Virus record (IMG/VR): IMGVR_UViG_3300035684_000001
Span: 1 to 64,000 of that record
From: a virus
Length of the DNA stretch: 64,000 bases
Strand: one strand, 5' to 3'
Below the pieces are notes generated by a model that saw nothing but the letters and a program-made list of their open reading frames with translations, was not told the origin of the DNA and did not search any database. The translations under genes and the position numbers were made by a program. This document shows, piece after piece, positions 19,489 through 29,380 of the stretch (the first letter of the stretch is position 1; every line of letters starts with the position of its first letter).

Positions 19489-19991
19489 ACCTGTTTAACT
19501 TGCTTTTGCTTTTGGGGATTCCTTCAACCGACAGCAACCCAACCATCAGTGATCGATCTTTAGTAGCATTAACCAGTCCCGACTTTGAAGATAGAATCTT
19601 TGCCTCGGTGAACGACCACCGAAGAAGTCTACGGTTGCGAGAACTGCTACGGATGCCCCAGTTGGATCGGATAGCATCGGGACACACTCAAACGATGCTG
19701 GAGGCAAACGTTTTGAGTCACGACAACTGGAAGGGAAAAAGAGATCGGCAAATCCTTGGTTTAGGATTTTCTGGCGGTGCAGAGAATGTTGCCGGAGGAG
19801 AATGCTATCCCTCTGAAATTCAAAAAACCATAGAGTTCGTTGTTCTTGGATGGATCGAAAGTTTGGGTCACAGGCAAAATATCGAAACAGCCAAATTCAC
19901 TCACACCGGAATGGCGCTGTTAATTAGGCAGCACCCGCAAATGTCCGATCGCGTCGTTTTTTTTGCAACTCAAATATTTGCAGCGGTGTAA
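19485..19991 (+). CDS. CAP/SCP domain protein with signal peptide
   Basis: VNDHRRS..L.....LDRIASGHT..M...LSHD; AENVA; WIESLGHRQNI. Confidence 0.85.
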   Translation: MNLFNLLLLLGIPSTDSNPTISDRSLVALTSPDFEDRIFASVNDHRRSLRLRELLRMPQLDRIASGHTQTMLEANVLSHDNWKGKRDRQILGLGFSGGAENVAGGECYPSEIQKTIEFVVLGWIESLGHRQNIETAKFTHTGMALLIRQHPQMSDRVVFFATQIFAAV

Positions 19992-19996
19992 AATAC

Positions 19997-20278
19997 ATGA
20001 CACCTGAAACTTTTGTCTGGAGGGTTTGGAGGCTTACCACGGGACAAGCGCGAATCTATAAATGTGTCGTACAAAAGAAAACACCGTCGTATATTTGGGC
20101 GATCGATCCTGTTTTGAAGCACACAAGCCTTTCAACCGAAAACAAGTTTAATGCAAGCGGAATCGGCAAATACTCTGGAGAACCATGCGTAGAAAGATTG
20201 TTTTTCATGGAATCTCAGGCGATTGCCTACGCAGCAGAGCTAAACAAAAATCCTAAGCCGTACAAGCCAAATTCTTAA
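19997..20278 (+). CDS. hypothetical protein
   Basis: 93-aa ORF in operon. Confidence 0.55.
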   Translation: MTPETFVWRVWRLTTGQARIYKCVVQKKTPSYIWAIDPVLKHTSLSTENKFNASGIGKYSGEPCVERLFFMESQAIAYAAELNKNPKPYKPNS

Positions 20279-20336
20279 AAATAACCCGTTAAATCGAAAT
20301 TTCCCCGCCCTTGGAAAATTTCGATTTTTTGTGTGG

Positions 20337-20834
20337 CTATTGACTTTCTACCGGGTTGCAATCGGGACGTTCGACGCATTTGTTTGATCGCCAATCCGCA
20401 GGGCGGCAAGGATCGAGTTGATCCCAAAGTCCTAGCCTATTGAACCTTGCTTCGACTTCGGCTGCTTTTAGTACCGGGGCATATTCCGGGCAAGTGCGAC
20501 TATATTCTGAGTAAAACCACATCTGGCCTGCAAGAGTCTGTTGCAGGTTGATATTCTCTGTTCCACTGAAAACAAATGCGGGTGTTCTGCCGTATCGATC
20601 GTTGGGTCCGACAGGTCTGATTTCAACTACTGTGCCGGGAGGCAATAATCCCAGTAAACTCATTCGCGCTGATTTTCCTCCGGGTTGACTCAATTCTGGT
20701 GCGTCACCACAGGCAAATCTTACTTTAATTTCTTGAGAATTTCCGGGAGTCACCCCATAGAAGGTATCCCCATCGACAATTTTAGTAACTGTTGCGCTAA
20801 ACGCTGGAGGGGGCGGAGTCGCAGATAAAAACAT
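20337..20834 (-). CDS. thermonuclease (SNase) family protein
   Basis: VTKIVDGDTF; VRFACGDAPE; DRYGRTPA; EARFNRLGLW. Confidence 0.9.
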   Translation of the reverse strand: MFLSATPPPPAFSATVTKIVDGDTFYGVTPGNSQEIKVRFACGDAPELSQPGGKSARMSLLGLLPPGTVVEIRPVGPNDRYGRTPAFVFSGTENINLQQTLAGQMWFYSEYSRTCPEYAPVLKAAEVEARFNRLGLWDQLDPCRPADWRSNKCVERPDCNPVESQ

Positions 20835-20914
20835 AAATTTTTTCCGTAATTGGTGATATGGCGATCGCCAGCATCTCTTGATTTTAGTCGCAATCTACGC
20901 CTCGGGGCAAAAGG

Positions 20915-21125
20915 TTGATCGGGTGTAGTTTCGCGCCCGGTTTTTTTCCATGCTTATTATTGTGCGCTGAATTATACACGTTAAACAAAATAAGTCAAGA
21001 GTTACAGGCAGCGTTACCACAAGTAATTGAGTTCACAGAAAGCATCTTGTAGATTTATTTTTATAGTCGCTGAACAAGCAGCACTGAACAAGCTTATTTT
21101 GCGGAGCGCCTGTTCAGCACAAAAC
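20915..21125. repeat. regulatory block, diverged copy of about 17640-17860
   Basis: Same motifs; CTGAACAAG at 21070 and 21084. Confidence 0.75.
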
Positions 21126-21136
21126 CCAAGATAGTT

Positions 21137-21523
21137 ATGCAGCAAACGCAAAAAGCACACGTTGAAGTAATTTCAGAGCAAGAGTTTTGTCGAGATTTTT
21201 GCACAAATAACTCTCTCGAACTTTACACGATTCCGAGAAGCAAGGTAAAAATACCTGGCGTAAAATCTAGAACAACAATCTGGAAGTGGGATCGAATTCT
21301 TAAGGCAAATATCCCAGACTACCTTATCTGTCCCTACACTGGGCGACAACTTTGGGAGAAGGGTGAGGATCTAAACCTTCACCAACTAAAGTGTCTCAAA
21401 CAAGTCTCTCAGTGGATGAGGTCGCACCCTAACCCAAAATACGAAAAGCTTCGAGCTTTTCTCAAAGAAAACAAAGAAAAATTCAGCATTCAGGCATATT
21501 TTGAGGAATTACCCCATGTCTAA
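21137..21523 (+). CDS. hypothetical protein, possible HTH
   Basis: 128 aa; KSRTTIWKWDRIL. Confidence 0.55.
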   Translation: MQQTQKAHVEVISEQEFCRDFCTNNSLELYTIPRSKVKIPGVKSRTTIWKWDRILKANIPDYLICPYTGRQLWEKGEDLNLHQLKCLKQVSQWMRSHPNPKYEKLRAFLKENKEKFSIQAYFEELPHV

Positions 21524-22151
21524 CAACATCAATGATATCAAGACGATCGCCCAACTAAGCCAAGCAATCAAAGCGCCAGAAGGTGCGCTGTACGCGATCG
21601 CCATGAAGCTCAATATTTCAGCCGAATCTGGCGAAGAGTTAACCCAACAACAGATTCGAGATATTAAATCGGCATACGAAAATCAGTCGAAATCTGCTCC
21701 GAGATTAGCTGCTAGCCAACAATCTCAAGGTTTGGCAGAGCAAGCAGCTTCCGCACCCGCCACAACTCAAAAACCAGTTCTCAGAAAAGCGCAGGAAAAC
21801 TACAGTGGCGCAGTTCGGGCAAGAGATAGTTTTCGACAGGAAACTGCCGTGCAGCGTCTCGAAGAGGCTCAGAGGAGAGGGCAACACGCGGGAGCTTTGA
21901 ACGCGATTATTGAAAACACTTCAATGATCGATGCGGAAGTGGCAGTAACTAGCGCTATTAGAGCTGGCGAACTTGAAGGATTGGCTCAATTAGACGATGC
22001 GATCGCCAAAACGCTAGAGAGTTCTGATTTTTTGGACAGGTTCACGAGTACGCAGCAGTCTTACGCAGAGCGACCGATCGCGCCAATCTGCAACAAGGTA
22101 GAGGAAACGCTGAACGCGCTCAAGAACTTGCGAACCAGCTCCAGCGTTTAA
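21516..22151 (+). CDS. HTH-like N-terminus plus coiled-coil protein
   Basis: ATG 21516 overlaps the upstream stop; KTIAQLSQAIKAPEGALYAIAMKL. Confidence 0.6.
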   Translation: MSNNINDIKTIAQLSQAIKAPEGALYAIAMKLNISAESGEELTQQQIRDIKSAYENQSKSAPRLAASQQSQGLAEQAASAPATTQKPVLRKAQENYSGAVRARDSFRQETAVQRLEEAQRRGQHAGALNAIIENTSMIDAEVAVTSAIRAGELEGLAQLDDAIAKTLESSDFLDRFTSTQQSYAERPIAPICNKVEETLNALKNLRTSSSV

Positions 22152-22308
22152 ACGAGAGTCGGCAACTTGTGAATTTGTTTATTTTCGTCAGTCCGAAAGA
22201 AACCATGTGGAGCAAGCTACTAATGATGAGAATTGTGAGAAATTTTTTCCAGAGTTTTGGCGGCGGCTCGCCTTACATTGCTACCGAACTTGAATTAATG
22301 ATGAGGTT

Positions 22309-22656
22309 TTGTTAATGAGCTATTTACTCGAACAGCAACAAGAAATAACCGGATTGGCTCAACAGCAAACCGCGCTGCCTCAGCAGCAAGTTCAATCCAT
22401 GCACATCAGCTTCGATACAACTGGCTACCCGATCGCCCCGTTACCCCAAAACCAGCCAGTCGCAGTATCGGAAACTTCCAAGAAAAATTCTTTGTTGGTG
22501 GGAAGCGTGTTGGTTGGAGCATTGATTTGCTCTGGGGCGATCGGACACCACCTCGGTGCGTCAGGGGAAGCTCAAAAAGCCCAACAACAACAAATTGAAT
22601 TGCTCAAAGCGCGATCGGGTATCGCCGAATTCTGCAAACAACACAACAGCCAGTAA
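22309..22656 (+). CDS. Gln-rich single-TM protein
   Basis: LLVGSVLVGALICSGAIG TM segment. Confidence 0.6.
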   Translation: MLMSYLLEQQQEITGLAQQQTALPQQQVQSMHISFDTTGYPIAPLPQNQPVAVSETSKKNSLLVGSVLVGALICSGAIGHHLGASGEAQKAQQQQIELLKARSGIAEFCKQHNSQ

Positions 22657-22661
22657 ATACG

Positions 22662-22868
22662 ATGAAAACTCAATCAAATCCAGCGGGCGATCGTCCAACT
22701 CCGAAATCTGCTAAAGCTGCCAAACTCAGGAAATTGGTCGGTGCGATCGATACAAATCGAGTTCAGAATCTGAAAAAAAATTCACACAACTTGTTCTCGC
22801 CACCCGTATGCGCGACAAAAAAACAGCCAACAACAGATTGCGGACTCATTTTGTGGCTTTTTAGGTGA
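22662..22868 (+). CDS. hypothetical protein
   Basis: 68 aa; coupled to neighbours. Confidence 0.45.
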   Translation: MKTQSNPAGDRPTPKSAKAAKLRKLVGAIDTNRVQNLKKNSHNLFSPPVCATKKQPTTDCGLILWLFR

Positions 22869-23731
22869 TAAAAATGAGAAACATTACACCGGGCGCAGCC
22901 CAAGGCAAAAATGGAAGCGGTAGTTTAATCCTAAGTTCCCTCCAGAACCGCACTGTCACTCCAAACGGTCAGGAGATGCTCCAAACCGCTTATGGGTTCA
23001 AGACCAATGATCCATCCACATGGACTTTAGCCACACTTGCAGCAATAGGCGATCGTCGCAAACAAATGGAGGCACTCAAAAAACTCCTTCCTGAACTCGA
23101 AGAAGACCTTTCTGCGATTATGGAGGGGCAAATATCTTGGGATGAAATGCAATCACGCATTGAAGCTAAAGGCTGGAAGGGTTTAGCGAAAATCGAAAAA
23201 GGTGCTACTAAGGCGCTGATAGCAGAATCCGAGTTTGAACAAGCAGTGGTGCAGGGCAAGGACAGGGTAGCGGAATTCAAAAAGCTACATTCCAGTCAAA
23301 CCGCTGAATACAAGACTTTTCTTCAAGCCGAATGCAGTAGTTTGCTCGGAAAATATAAAGTCAATCTGGATCAAAGAATCGAAGCTATGCAGACCGATCC
23401 GCAAATGGCTGAGGCGATCTCGCAATGGAACCATAGTGGCAAAAGCGAGATGGATATACTTCTAGAGCAAAGTACACTAGCGCTGAAGCATGGAACTTCG
23501 GGTTTTACTCACCCAAAATTTTTGGAATTAGCGGGAATGTCAGGTCAGTCCGCCGCCCCTGTTGGATTTGCTCAGTCTTACCAACAAACTGCAACTGCCA
23601 GACCTCGCGACGAGATCGCTTTTGCGTGGCGGGGGGATGCAGCGAGGGCAACAAGAAAAGCAGTTGGTGGCGCGATCGGTACTTTGATGCGCGGTTTCCA
23701 AAGAATTGGCAAAATTGCCAAAAATCGATGA
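22865..23731 (+). CDS. coiled-coil hypothetical protein
   Basis: 288-aa helical ORF. Confidence 0.65.
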   Translation: MIKMRNITPGAAQGKNGSGSLILSSLQNRTVTPNGQEMLQTAYGFKTNDPSTWTLATLAAIGDRRKQMEALKKLLPELEEDLSAIMEGQISWDEMQSRIEAKGWKGLAKIEKGATKALIAESEFEQAVVQGKDRVAEFKKLHSSQTAEYKTFLQAECSSLLGKYKVNLDQRIEAMQTDPQMAEAISQWNHSGKSEMDILLEQSTLALKHGTSGFTHPKFLELAGMSGQSAAPVGFAQSYQQTATARPRDEIAFAWRGDAARATRKAVGGAIGTLMRGFQRIGKIAKNR

Positions 23732-23772
23732 ACAAAATGCGCTAAACAAATTTGCACAGTTAGCAATTCTGT

Positions 23773-24210
23773 TTGGCGCACATATTTCAAACAAACACAA
23801 GACAAGACTTACAGGAGATCGAGATGTATTTTCCACAGCAGCAACCAGAACCCGTCCAAGCAGCGCCAGAAGTATCGAAAGAACTAAAATTCCGACGCAA
23901 TTTAACCAAGGTATCCAACTTTCTCGGATGGTTTGGGGTCGGCGGACTAGCAACAACGATGGTGGCGATCGCCCCAACCTACTGGGGTTTGTACGGGCTG
24001 GGAGCCGGACTGGGAGTTGCAGCGCTAATCTTGTTTCCCAACGAGGATAAGTCGTTCCAGTTTTACAGCGGATTATCGCTTGCTGTCGGATTAATAATTC
24101 CCTACTGGAACTTGATTTATTTAGTTAAACCCGTTCACGTTGCTGGGGCGATCGCCCTGTTGTTTGTCATCGTGTTCTTGGTCGGGGCGATCGGAGGAGG
24201 CGGACAATGA
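23773..24210 (+). CDS. four-TM membrane protein
   Basis: Four hydrophobic segments; probable ATG at 23824. Confidence 0.65.
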   Translation: MAHIFQTNTRQDLQEIEMYFPQQQPEPVQAAPEVSKELKFRRNLTKVSNFLGWFGVGGLATTMVAIAPTYWGLYGLGAGLGVAALILFPNEDKSFQFYSGLSLAVGLIIPYWNLIYLVKPVHVAGAIALLFVIVFLVGAIGGGGQ

Positions 24211-26057
24211 AATTAAAACAGTCGATTTTAATTGGTGGTAGTGCAATTTTGACGATCGCCGGATTGCTACTGGTTCCCTACAAGAACTTAAACCGGATTC
24301 AAGCATTCCTCTTTGCTGGTGGAGCCACTGCGGGATTTGCTGGGGTAGTCAAAGGTCGCCAACTCGAACAAGACCAAGAAGCCTTTGATTTAAAAGCTTT
24401 TGAACTGAAACAACACCAGAAAATGCTTGAGCAGTCTACGCTCGAAGTCTTAAAAATGGAAGAGGTGGCGATCGCCAAGAGTAGAGCTCAAGCCAACGTC
24501 GAAATTCAATCTCTCGACCACCAGCGGCATTTGCAAACCTTGAAACAGATAAAGTTTCCAGGTCTTTTGGAAGCACAGATTGAGGAAGCTCGCAGGCGAT
24601 CGGAATTAGAGCAACTTGAAAAGATGGGGCGGGGCGATCGGCAGTTGCAATTTTCTGAAAACGACAATTCCGTTTCTACCAACCCAGAACTTAGAGCTAT
24701 TCAATCTGCAAATCCGAATCTAGAATTTTATGATTTTGACGATTTAGTGGACGATGCAGCGGGCATAATTATTGCTGGCAATACAGGTGCTGGTAAAACC
24801 TCTGTTGCTTGTTATGTAGCGGGAAAACTAACAGAACACAATCCTGCTCAAGTATTTGCACTAGACCCGCACTACAACGATATATGGAAAGAAGTTGGAA
24901 TTCACGCGATCGGCGAGTTTAATGAAATTGAGGAAATCATAAATTTACTCGTCAAAGAACTCGACGATCGCCGAGCTAGAAAGAGAGACGGGAAACCGAT
25001 TGGTGACACAATTATCTGCTTTACCGACGAATTAAATGCTTGTCTGTTGAACTGTGAAAATCAAGACAGCCTTGAAACTGCTTTAAAAAGATTGGGTAGC
25101 GAAGGAAGAAAATTTGGAATTATTTTGATTGCTATCAACCAGTCTTCTAACGTAGACGATCTTGGAATTAGCGGTCCTTACAGAGCAAACTTTTTATTAA
25201 TATTGCTGGGGGCAAGTGCTAGAACGATTTCAGAAAAGTGGAAAAACACTGACGATCGCGTGAAGTGGATTTCTGAGCAAGTCTATCCCTGCTGTGTAGC
25301 AGGATGCGTGGGGACTAAGTTGGCTATTCATCCCACTCACAATTCTTATGTGAAGTTCAAGAAAAAGGGCAACCCACCTTTGAATTTACTTCCCATTAAT
25401 CAATTAAAGCATACTTTTTTGCCAGAAAAATATCGACCAAGAATAACCAAAAGTGTTGAGTTCTTAGAGTCAGAGACTCCGATCGCTGATGTTGATGTTA
25501 ACCAAAATTCTGATATTGAAAAACAAAGAACCAGATTAACACGTATTTACAAAGAGTCTCCAAACGATGCTCCTCCTTGGGATGAATGGTCGTCCGAACT
25601 AACGACAGAAGAGATCGATCGCCTCATAGACGAAAGGCGATCGCGCCGGGATAATATCTCAGAGACTATCTCAGATACTCCAGAATGTCTGTCCGAAGTC
25701 CCCGAAGACGGTATTGGGGACGATATACCCCTAGAACCCTTGCAAGATATAGGGTATCCCCGCAAATGGGACGCTGATACTTTTCGTAAGATTCTGCCAA
25801 AAGAGGATGAAAACGCCCTTTTTGAGAAGATCCTTAAGTACCTAGATACGTCTTTGGATACTTCGGGCGATCGGACAAAGAGCTACAGCAAAGTAATTAA
25901 ATTTGGCTTGGGCTTCAATAAGCCGCGGACTCACGAGACGCGCAGTTATTGGAACGTCGGGCTTCCGTGTTTTAGGTACTTGCTCGACCAACCAGGTAGA
26001 GAAACTTTGAAACAGCATTTCTCGAAAGCTTGGGATGCGGATAACGAAGAAGAGTAA
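24207..26057 (+). CDS. membrane-anchored P-loop ATPase (TraD/VirD4/FtsK-HerA-like)
   Basis: Two N-terminal TMs, coiled coil, Walker A GNTGAGKT, Walker B ICFTDE, RLGSEGRKFGIILIAINQS. Confidence 0.75.
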   Translation: MKLKQSILIGGSAILTIAGLLLVPYKNLNRIQAFLFAGGATAGFAGVVKGRQLEQDQEAFDLKAFELKQHQKMLEQSTLEVLKMEEVAIAKSRAQANVEIQSLDHQRHLQTLKQIKFPGLLEAQIEEARRRSELEQLEKMGRGDRQLQFSENDNSVSTNPELRAIQSANPNLEFYDFDDLVDDAAGIIIAGNTGAGKTSVACYVAGKLTEHNPAQVFALDPHYNDIWKEVGIHAIGEFNEIEEIINLLVKELDDRRARKRDGKPIGDTIICFTDELNACLLNCENQDSLETALKRLGSEGRKFGIILIAINQSSNVDDLGISGPYRANFLLILLGASARTISEKWKNTDDRVKWISEQVYPCCVAGCVGTKLAIHPTHNSYVKFKKKGNPPLNLLPINQLKHTFLPEKYRPRITKSVEFLESETPIADVDVNQNSDIEKQRTRLTRIYKESPNDAPPWDEWSSELTTEEIDRLIDERRSRRDNISETISDTPECLSEVPEDGIGDDIPLEPLQDIGYPRKWDADTFRKILPKEDENALFEKILKYLDTSLDTSGDRTKSYSKVIKFGLGFNKPRTHETRSYWNVGLPCFRYLLDQPGRETLKQHFSKAWDADNEEE

Positions 26058-26083
26058 ATTAACGGAGTAACTAGTAACTAACG

Positions 26084-26464
26084 ATGGCAACGAAACTAAT
26101 CAACGAATACGAATATCGTGGATGCAATATTTCATTTTTTGAACAGTGGAATCCTCATGATTACGATGGAATCTCTTATTTTTACGAGATTGTTGATCGC
26201 CAGGGCGACTCAAGAACCGATCAAACCGACGAATATCCGCTGGGGAGTTTAGCTCACGCTGAGCGGAATGCAATAAAATCTATCGACGAGGACTTAGATA
26301 AGTGGTATGCTATTTCCTGTTTGGCGACAAATCGAAACAAGTGCGAACATTTTGCTTTGTCGTTTTACGGCGAACTGGATGGGGCGATCGAGGCAGGGTT
26401 AAAAGAGTTAACAAAGTTGTATCCTGAATGGAAATACTCTGTTAAAGCTTGCCAACTGAATTAG
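26084..26464 (+). CDS. hypothetical protein
   Basis: 126-aa ORF. Confidence 0.55.
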   Translation: MATKLINEYEYRGCNISFFEQWNPHDYDGISYFYEIVDRQGDSRTDQTDEYPLGSLAHAERNAIKSIDEDLDKWYAISCLATNRNKCEHFALSFYGELDGAIEAGLKELTKLYPEWKYSVKACQLN

Positions 26465-26498
26465 ACAAATACGTCAAAGAATAAGGAAAGAATGTAAA

Positions 26499-27113
26499 GT
26501 GGATATTGAGCTTAATCAAGCCAGCAAAATCAACAGTTCGCAGATACCAACATCTGAACTTTTAGGTATCCAACAGAAGATACAAACGATGTTCGATCCT
26601 TCTTTGGCGGAATTAGGACTATGTAGGTCAAACTACAAAAAACTTCTCAATCAAGTTGCACCAGTTTTAATTAGCTTGTTCGATCGCGAGCTTGAAACAA
26701 CTGGAGAGGTAAAGGTTCAAGCAATTGTCTCATTTTCTGATGAGCTTGGACTACCTGTAAAAACAATTTGTCAGTTCCTAGAATGTCTGGGAAAAATTCC
26801 TTTAGGGAATTGGGAACGATCGCCCGTCACACCTGAACAAATAAACGAGGTAAAACAAATGAGTTGGAAAAATGGTATGGGACTGGCAACCGCAAATAAA
26901 TTGTTCGACAAATACGGTATAACGATCGCTCAAGACCCGAAGACCAAAATATACACGGCAACTTTGGGCGATCGAACGATCCAGCATACCTCTGTCACGG
27001 GTATCGCGGAAACGATTCTAGAAAAATGGTTCGCCCTAGTCGAACCCGGTAGGGCGATCGGAGCGGTAGTTCCGCCAAAGCAGGTAACTCCGGCAGACTT
27101 TGCATTGCGGTGA
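26499..27113 (+). CDS. hypothetical protein
   Basis: 204-aa ORF. Confidence 0.6.
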   Translation: MDIELNQASKINSSQIPTSELLGIQQKIQTMFDPSLAELGLCRSNYKKLLNQVAPVLISLFDRELETTGEVKVQAIVSFSDELGLPVKTICQFLECLGKIPLGNWERSPVTPEQINEVKQMSWKNGMGLATANKLFDKYGITIAQDPKTKIYTATLGDRTIQHTSVTGIAETILEKWFALVEPGRAIGAVVPPKQVTPADFALR

Positions 27114-27150
27114 TCGGTCTTAGCCGACAAAATCGTTAGGAGAAAAGTAA

Positions 27151-27858
27151 ATGACTGACGCTCTGCTAAAAATATTGCCCGCACTGGTAACTGAAGCGCT
27201 CGGAGGAAGTACCTGGATTCATATAATTGGCTACACTGGCGCTGGAAAAAGTGTATTGCTTCAATCGATTGTCGATAACGCTACCGCAAGTCACGATTGC
27301 TTGCTGGTTTACACTTTCCACCCTCAAGGGATGGGAGATGAAACGATCAAGGAAGCCCGGAAAATAGAAAAGTCTATTTACTTGCTGCACAAAAAATATC
27401 AGGACGGTCTTTTGACTCACAAGACTTTCATCGCAATTCACGAGTGGAGGCTGCTGTTTAACCTAGTAAGCGATCAACAACGCTTGTACGACACCATTTT
27501 AGATATTTATCGAAACTCAAAAAATTGGGGTGTTGTTTTTGGCGTTACCAGTCAAACAATCCACTTAAAACCAATGTACGGAGATGGTTTGCGCGATACA
27601 GGCGACAGGATGTACCTCAAAGCAGTCGATGTAGGAAATTTCAAGAATCTGCGTGGTTTTCGCGATATAGGCGACGGGCCGTACTTGAAGAAAATCATAT
27701 TGGGCGATCGCGCTTTAGAATTTGCCAGTCAAACTTGGGGAAAGAGCGACGACAAATATTTATGGCTTCTAGATCAAGATTGTCCGTGCGTTATTTGTAA
27801 CCGTTACTCGATAAAGTTCGCGATCACCCCCAACCAAAATCAAAACAAGGAAAATTAA
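27151..27858 (+). CDS. second, soluble P-loop ATPase of the same superfamily
   Basis: GYTGAGKS; FIAIHEW; WGVVFGVTSQ. Confidence 0.65.
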   Translation: MTDALLKILPALVTEALGGSTWIHIIGYTGAGKSVLLQSIVDNATASHDCLLVYTFHPQGMGDETIKEARKIEKSIYLLHKKYQDGLLTHKTFIAIHEWRLLFNLVSDQQRLYDTILDIYRNSKNWGVVFGVTSQTIHLKPMYGDGLRDTGDRMYLKAVDVGNFKNLRGFRDIGDGPYLKKIILGDRALEFASQTWGKSDDKYLWLLDQDCPCVICNRYSIKFAITPNQNQNKEN

Positions 27859-27902
27859 ATGATGGAGTTGAGAAAAGCTAGAGCCATAAGGTTGCTACCG
27901 AG

Positions 27903-28145
27903 TTGGTAAACTCAACTCTTCCAGCGACTGAGCTTGCTGAACGACTGACGAGGTGTCAGTATGAACCTTATCGAGGGTTAAATATTTTTGTAGAAAACTT
28001 AAATGAATTTTCTACCTACTTTGTCATAGATGGTTTATACAAAAATCTGCTGACTAGCGACACAGCAGAAAATGGGGCGATCTCTTGGTGGACAGCGAAG
28101 CAATGGATTCGCGTTTTTCTTGCAAGCGAAGATGAAGATGATTAA
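27903..28145 (+). CDS. hypothetical protein
   Basis: 80-aa ORF. Confidence 0.4.
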   Translation: MVNSTLPATELAERLTRCQYEPYRGLNIFVENLNEFSTYFVIDGLYKNLLTSDTAENGAISWWTAKQWIRVFLASEDEDD

Positions 28146-28241
28146 TTTTGTTCAACAATTCTTGTTCAGCGTGTTTGGGTGGTAGGTTGTATACTTGACA
28201 CTTATGATACAATTAACCTAAAGCAAAAAAAAGGAGACGCA

Positions 28242-28856
28242 ATGACCATTCAAACTGTACCCACTACCAAGCAAACTTTTGATGATTTTGTGAACTGGTA
28301 TCCAGAAAATTCCTTGGCAAAATACGAGCTGCATGACGGGAAGGTTGTTGAAATCCGACGAAAATCGGGCGATCTCTCGGAGACTAAGGGTAAAATCCGT
28401 GGCGATTTGTTTTGTGAGATTAACCGTCTTGATTTACCTTACTCGATACCAGGTTACTGCTTGCTCAAGATTCCAGGAAAAGATACTGGCTACCAGCCCG
28501 ATATAGTTGTGTTAGACCGATCAACTTTTGACAGCGAGTTGCGATGGAGAGAATCATCCATCGTTATGAATCCAATTTCGGTACGTCTTATTGTTGAGGT
28601 ACTTGATGAAAATTCAGAAGAAAAAATTTTGACTAAGTGCTGGGACTATGAGGCTATGGGCATTCCAGAATACTGGGTTGCAGACTATAAACATAAACCA
28701 GAACTTGAACGCTATGGTAGAGACGGACTTCCTTGCCTTACGGTTTCTTCTCTTCGAGGCAAAGATTATCAAGTCAAAAAATTCACTGGTGACCAGGCGA
28801 TCAAATCTGTGGCTTTTCCCTATCTCAAGTTAACTGTCAATCAGCTTTTTAATTAA
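28242..28856 (+). CDS. Uma2-family PD-(D/E)xK endonuclease
   Basis: YELHDGKVVE; YQPDIVVLD; LIVEV; YEAMGIPEYWVADY; SD AGGAG and a TTGACA promoter. Confidence 0.85.
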   Translation: MTIQTVPTTKQTFDDFVNWYPENSLAKYELHDGKVVEIRRKSGDLSETKGKIRGDLFCEINRLDLPYSIPGYCLLKIPGKDTGYQPDIVVLDRSTFDSELRWRESSIVMNPISVRLIVEVLDENSEEKILTKCWDYEAMGIPEYWVADYKHKPELERYGRDGLPCLTVSSLRGKDYQVKKFTGDQAIKSVAFPYLKLTVNQLFN

Positions 28857-28914
28857 TCGTTCTTGATCGAAGTAATTGCAAGTGCCAAGTATATAACTCG
28901 ACGCTTGCAGTGTA

Positions 28915-29053
28915 TTAACACTCCCCTGCCTAAAGGCGAGGGGATTCTTTGTTTGTAGATCCAACTTGCTCAGACAGGATTTCTCCAGCCAAAGTAGAGG
29001 TCGAATCTCCCAAAGCGTTCGGATCTAAAATCCAAGTTCCGGTATGCCCTACC
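28915..29053 (-). mobile_element. IS200/IS605 (tnpB) right-end remnant, omega/reRNA scaffold region
   Basis: Minus strand GGGCATACCGGAACTTGG...AACGCTTTGGGAGATTCGACCTCTACT...AAAGAATCCCCTCGCCTTTAGGCAGGGGAGTGTTAA, the typical cyanobacterial tnpB 3' end; no tnpA/tnpB ORF present. Confidence 0.75.
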
Positions 29054-29339
29054 AGATGGATGGGCAATTTCTGAGGTGTTTACTTGGTTTTGTTACTCTG
29101 GCGATAAACTTTTGCATATTGGTGACAAATGCAGTGCAGAAGACGCAGAAGAAAATGCTATAAAATTTATTAATAATTTTCTGGAGGAGTCTGCTAGTGA
29201 TGATTACTACGTTTGATTCGTGGTGTTGGAATTGGGATTGTTGAATTAGGAGGACTGATGGAAGCAACATTGCTAGCAGCCCCAAAATCCCGATAGGTTG
29301 GATATTTATGCACTCAACACCGGAAGATAGAATCTATGC

Positions 29340-29370
29340 TTGACTCACCGTTAACGGGATTAACGGATTC
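29340..29370 (-). mobile_element. second IS200/IS605-like end hairpin
   Basis: Minus strand GAATCCGTTAATCCCGTTAACGGTGAGTCAA (GAATC...GAG.TCAA pattern). Confidence 0.4.
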
Positions 29371-29380
29371 TATTTACAAA

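Noticed and set aside
29049-29285. 78-aa ORF between the two IS ends as real cargo
   Set aside because: No motif or clear SD; left uncalled
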